A DNA stretch of 63,486 nucleotides. Origin: Chiloscyllium plagiosum. Lineage: Eukaryota. The stretch spans positions 53,116,036 through 53,179,521 of the forward strand of contig NC_057726.1 of assembly GCF_004010195.1 (NCBI RefSeq), in the 5' to 3' direction. The position numbers and the translations under genes are program-made. This document shows, one piece after another, positions 60,336-63,486 of the stretch. The first letter of the stretch is position 1, and each line of letters starts with the position of its first letter. The notes below the pieces were generated by a model that saw only the letters and a program-made list of their open reading frames with translations, searched no databases and was not told the origin of the DNA.

Positions 60336-61255
60336 GTTGTGGTTCTGTTCGCCAAGCTGGAAGTTTTTGTTGCAAACGTTTCACCCCCTGGCTAGGCGAC
60401 ATCATTAGTGCTTGGGAGCCTCCTGCGAAGCGCTTCTTTGATGTTTCCTCCGGTGTTTATAGTGGTCTGTCCCTGCCGCTTCCGGTTGTCAGTTTCAGCT
60501 GTCCACTGTAGTGGTTGGTATATTGGGTCCAGGTCGATGTGTTTGTTGATGGAGTTTGTGGATGAATGCCATGCCATGTGAATGGCATTCATCCACAAAC
60601 TCCATCAACAAACACATCGACCTGGACCCAATATACCAACCACTACAGCGGACAGCTGAAACTGACAACCGGAAGCGGCAGGGAAAGAGATGTATAGTAG
60701 TGTGGCTAGTCCTTTTGGTTGTGGTATGTCCTCGTTCCGTGGTCTTTCTCTTAAGCATCTATTGATGAAGTTGCGCGGGTATCCGTTTTTGGCGAATACC
60801 TTGTATAGGTGTTCCTCTTCTTCCTTTTGCAGTTCTGGTGTACTGCAGTGTGTTGTGGCCCTTTTGAATAGTGTCCGATTCACGAGAGAAGAAGAAAAGG
60901 ATAGCCAACTCCCATTCCTAGATGTGATGGTACAGAGAACACCGAACGGAGAATTCACTACAAGGGTATACAGGAAAGCCACACACACAGACCAAGTCCT
61001 AAACTATGAAAGTAACCACCCCAACACACACAAACGAAGCTGCATCAGGACACTATTCAAAAGGGCCACAACCGGAAGTGGCAGGGACAGACCACTATAA
61101 ACACCGGAGGAAACATCAAAGAAGCGCTTTGCAGGAGGCTCCCAAGCACTGATGATGTCGCCTAGCCAGGGGACGAAACGTTTGCAACAAAAACTTCCAG
61201 CTCGGTGATCAGAACCATACCAATGAGCACCCGAGCTACAAATCTTCGCACAAAC
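60336..61255. mobile_element. Rearranged Penelope-like element (family C, Penelope/Poseidon-like)
   Basis: 12-bp perfect TSD TTATGAAGTGTT (60324-35 / 61256-67). RT fragment FTREEEKDSQLPFLDV...VYRKATHTDQVLNYESNHP...KRSCIRTLFKRA, inverted terminal copies and an internal 103-bp hairpin. Confidence 0.88.
61146..61185 (+). ncRNA. Minimal type-I hammerhead ribozyme (PLE family C), intact core
   Basis: GCA-CUGAUGA-U-GUCGCCU-AGCC-AGGGGAC-GAAA-CG-UU-UGC: stem I GCA/UGC, 7-bp stem II with one mismatch, palindromic stem III. Confidence 0.7.
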
Positions 61256-63299
61256 TTATGAAGTGTTACAAGATATTACATTATATAAAATGTGCTATAT
61301 AAATACAATTTGTTGTTGTTTTGTGCAGAGATTTAAATTGAATCCCTCTGGTCAGATAATGAGAGTTCTACATGCCCACTGCAAGATTGCTGTTTAAACA
61401 AAATCCCCTTTTGCTCCATATTACTCTCATGGATACGGGTAATGCTTCTTCACTACTGCTACACAGTTGACATTGCAAAAAAACAGCAATTACCTGTACT
61501 GCTTTACCAGAGAGAACTAATGGCAGTATAAGTGTACCTTATTGAAGTCAAAGACTAATAGGTTTTTGAAAAGTCGGTAAATGAAAAGTTCACTGTTTTC
61601 TGAACAAAATAGCTTGACCAAACCATCTAAATTGAAAATGATCAAAAATCCATTTAGAACAGAAAAAGGAATTTGTTTTCTCCAGCATGCGACTGAAGTA
61701 GTTATTACAAATCAACATGGATATTTAAATGGTTGTTTATCACAAATATTCCTGTAAGGTACTTTGTTGCTTTTAGAAAAAGTCATTTTGAAAGCCATTA
61801 AGCAAAATGTTGAGGGTCTGATCCTATGATAACGTATATCTTGCCTGTTTCTATTTATTTCTCTATCACACACCATATACACATTGTGCTTTGTGTCAGG
61901 AATAATGGCAGCATCCTTGCAATAACATTTATTTTCCAGACCATTTCAGTCAGTTACAACGTACAATTTTTGGTTACTACTGTCATATGGTTGATTTAGA
62001 ATTCAAAATGGGCAAATATTAAACAGGATTTTAAAACATTTACATGGCTAGCATTGCCATTAGTGAGGGATTTTGTGGTATCTTATTAAACTCGCCTCGT
62101 TAACCTCTTGCCACATCCAACATCCACCCGATCTTACATGCACAGTTCCTGGAACACATCTCCAATCTAGTATATATCCCAGAATTCACTGGCAGCCCTT
62201 GCACCGGCACCATCTTTAAAAGCCCATTGTGCACCCAGACAAGCAACTTCACTCTAAGTTGGTCAGCACGGCTCCTTACACTCGGCCCAGATGTGACAAA
62301 GTTGGTGCCCAACTTTGCGGCAGGGTCTGGAGATCTGGACACCAAATTGGAATTCCTCTTTCCTGAGGACCAAGAGTTGAAGCCAAAACACTAGACTATG
62401 GCAGCCAAGTGTGACGTTGCTGCCCAAGTTAAAGCAGACTCAGCCACCTGACCTTCTCCATTCCAGCAGCATAAGATCCACCATCCTCTTTCCATTACCT
62501 CATCCTCTATGTTTACTACTGCACACACCTCCCACCAAGGCTAATATTCTACCATTCTCACCCACCCCAATCCCTGACATTACTGCATGCACTCTGCGCT
62601 CTCTACTTACTCACTCGGGACACATCCCCACCTGCACCAACAGTAATAGCTGTGCCATCCACTTTCATCTCCTGTAATATGAGCCTCTCCCTCATCCTAT
62701 GAGGAAAACAGCTCTAGTAGGGCAGAAAGAGTCAAGACAAATGGTGGGCTCACAATCTTTCAGTTTGTGATCCCTTATGAGGACTCTGACCTGCCTGAGT
62801 AGCACTTTGTCTGGAAGCCACCCTTGACTTACTGAGCCAGGACATCCAGAGCAAAGGCTAACCATTTACTTGATTGAGGACTGCTGATAACTATGACAAT
62901 CTTCCTGGCTCCATGCATAAAACAGCAAGGCACGACAGCAGTAACTTGAGCCTGGTACATCTGGCTAAGGGACCAAAGGCCAAAGGGCAAGGCAATGCTT
63001 TAGTAGGAATGCTGTGAGACTCCAGACAGGCTCAGAGTGAGTTAGCACTATGTCAGTGAGTTAAAGAGCATAGAGATTTATAGCTGTGTGCTTTCCTGAC
63101 GGATGAGTGATATTTAGTTGACCATTTTCCTGATTATGAAAGAATTCAACAGTGTGGCAATCAGCATTAAACACATTGGTTTTGCTGGTTGAAAATCCTC
63201 CACATCTTCCACTTTGGAGAACTTTCTCTAGTCCTGTTGGGACAACAAGATCACAATAGATATTAAGGCAGTACAAGTGAAGACATATTTACAAAAAGT

Positions 63300-63486
63300 A
63301 AAAAAGGTAAAAACAATGACTGCAGATGCTGGAAACCAGAGTCTAGATTAGAGTGGTGCTGGAAAAGCACAGCAGTTCAGGCAGCATCCGAGGAACAGTA
63401 AAATCAATGTTTCGGGAAAAAGCCCTTCATCAGGAATACAGGCAGAGATCCTGAAGGGTGGAGAGATAAATGAGAGGAGGGGTGGA
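63300..63486 (-). mobile_element. PLE family-A terminal repeat (runs off the window)
   Basis: Homologous to 31380-31530 and 50550-50685. Confidence 0.8.

Larger units (their letters stand above)
59790..61320 (+). mobile_element. Old L2-clade LINE 3' end interrupted by a PLE
   Basis: Degenerate AET..HAF / LHWL.V / FKIL / AFS..GPKLW pattern. The L2-like 3' terminus GTGCTATATAAAT...TTGTTGTT resumes after 61267. Confidence 0.55.

Overview
Vertebrate nuclear DNA, almost certainly from a cartilaginous fish: this is inferred from abundant HE1-type V-SINEs, CR1 LINEs and Penelope-like elements. Four spliced genes lie on the minus strand. Three are tandem chymotrypsinogen (CTRB/CTRL-like) paralogues: copy 1 is truncated by the left window edge, and copies 2 and 3 are complete 7-exon genes. 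The fourth is agouti-related protein (AgRP1 type, 3 coding exons). Most of the remaining sequence is nested transposon debris: CR1, V-SINE, Deu-type SINE, Rex1/Babar, L2, a pogo/Tigger-like MITE, a Harbinger remnant and at least four families of Penelope-like elements (PLEs). Highlights are: (1) more than 12 minimal hammerhead-ribozyme cores with covarying stem II in PLE termini, several of them in tiny TSD-flanked, often palindromic insertions; (2) a paired extra Cys74/Cys153 in chymotrypsinogen copy 2, suggesting a sixth disulfide; (3) a shared splice-donor shift adding Arg-Ser before Cys1 in copies 1 and 2; (4) a possible decayed two-Ig-domain membrane-protein pseudogene at about 41.2-43.5 kb; (5) a tandem array of tRNA-like Pol III heads; (6) an exon-like foreign fragment inside a CR1. 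All coordinates were read by eye, and repeat boundaries are approximate.
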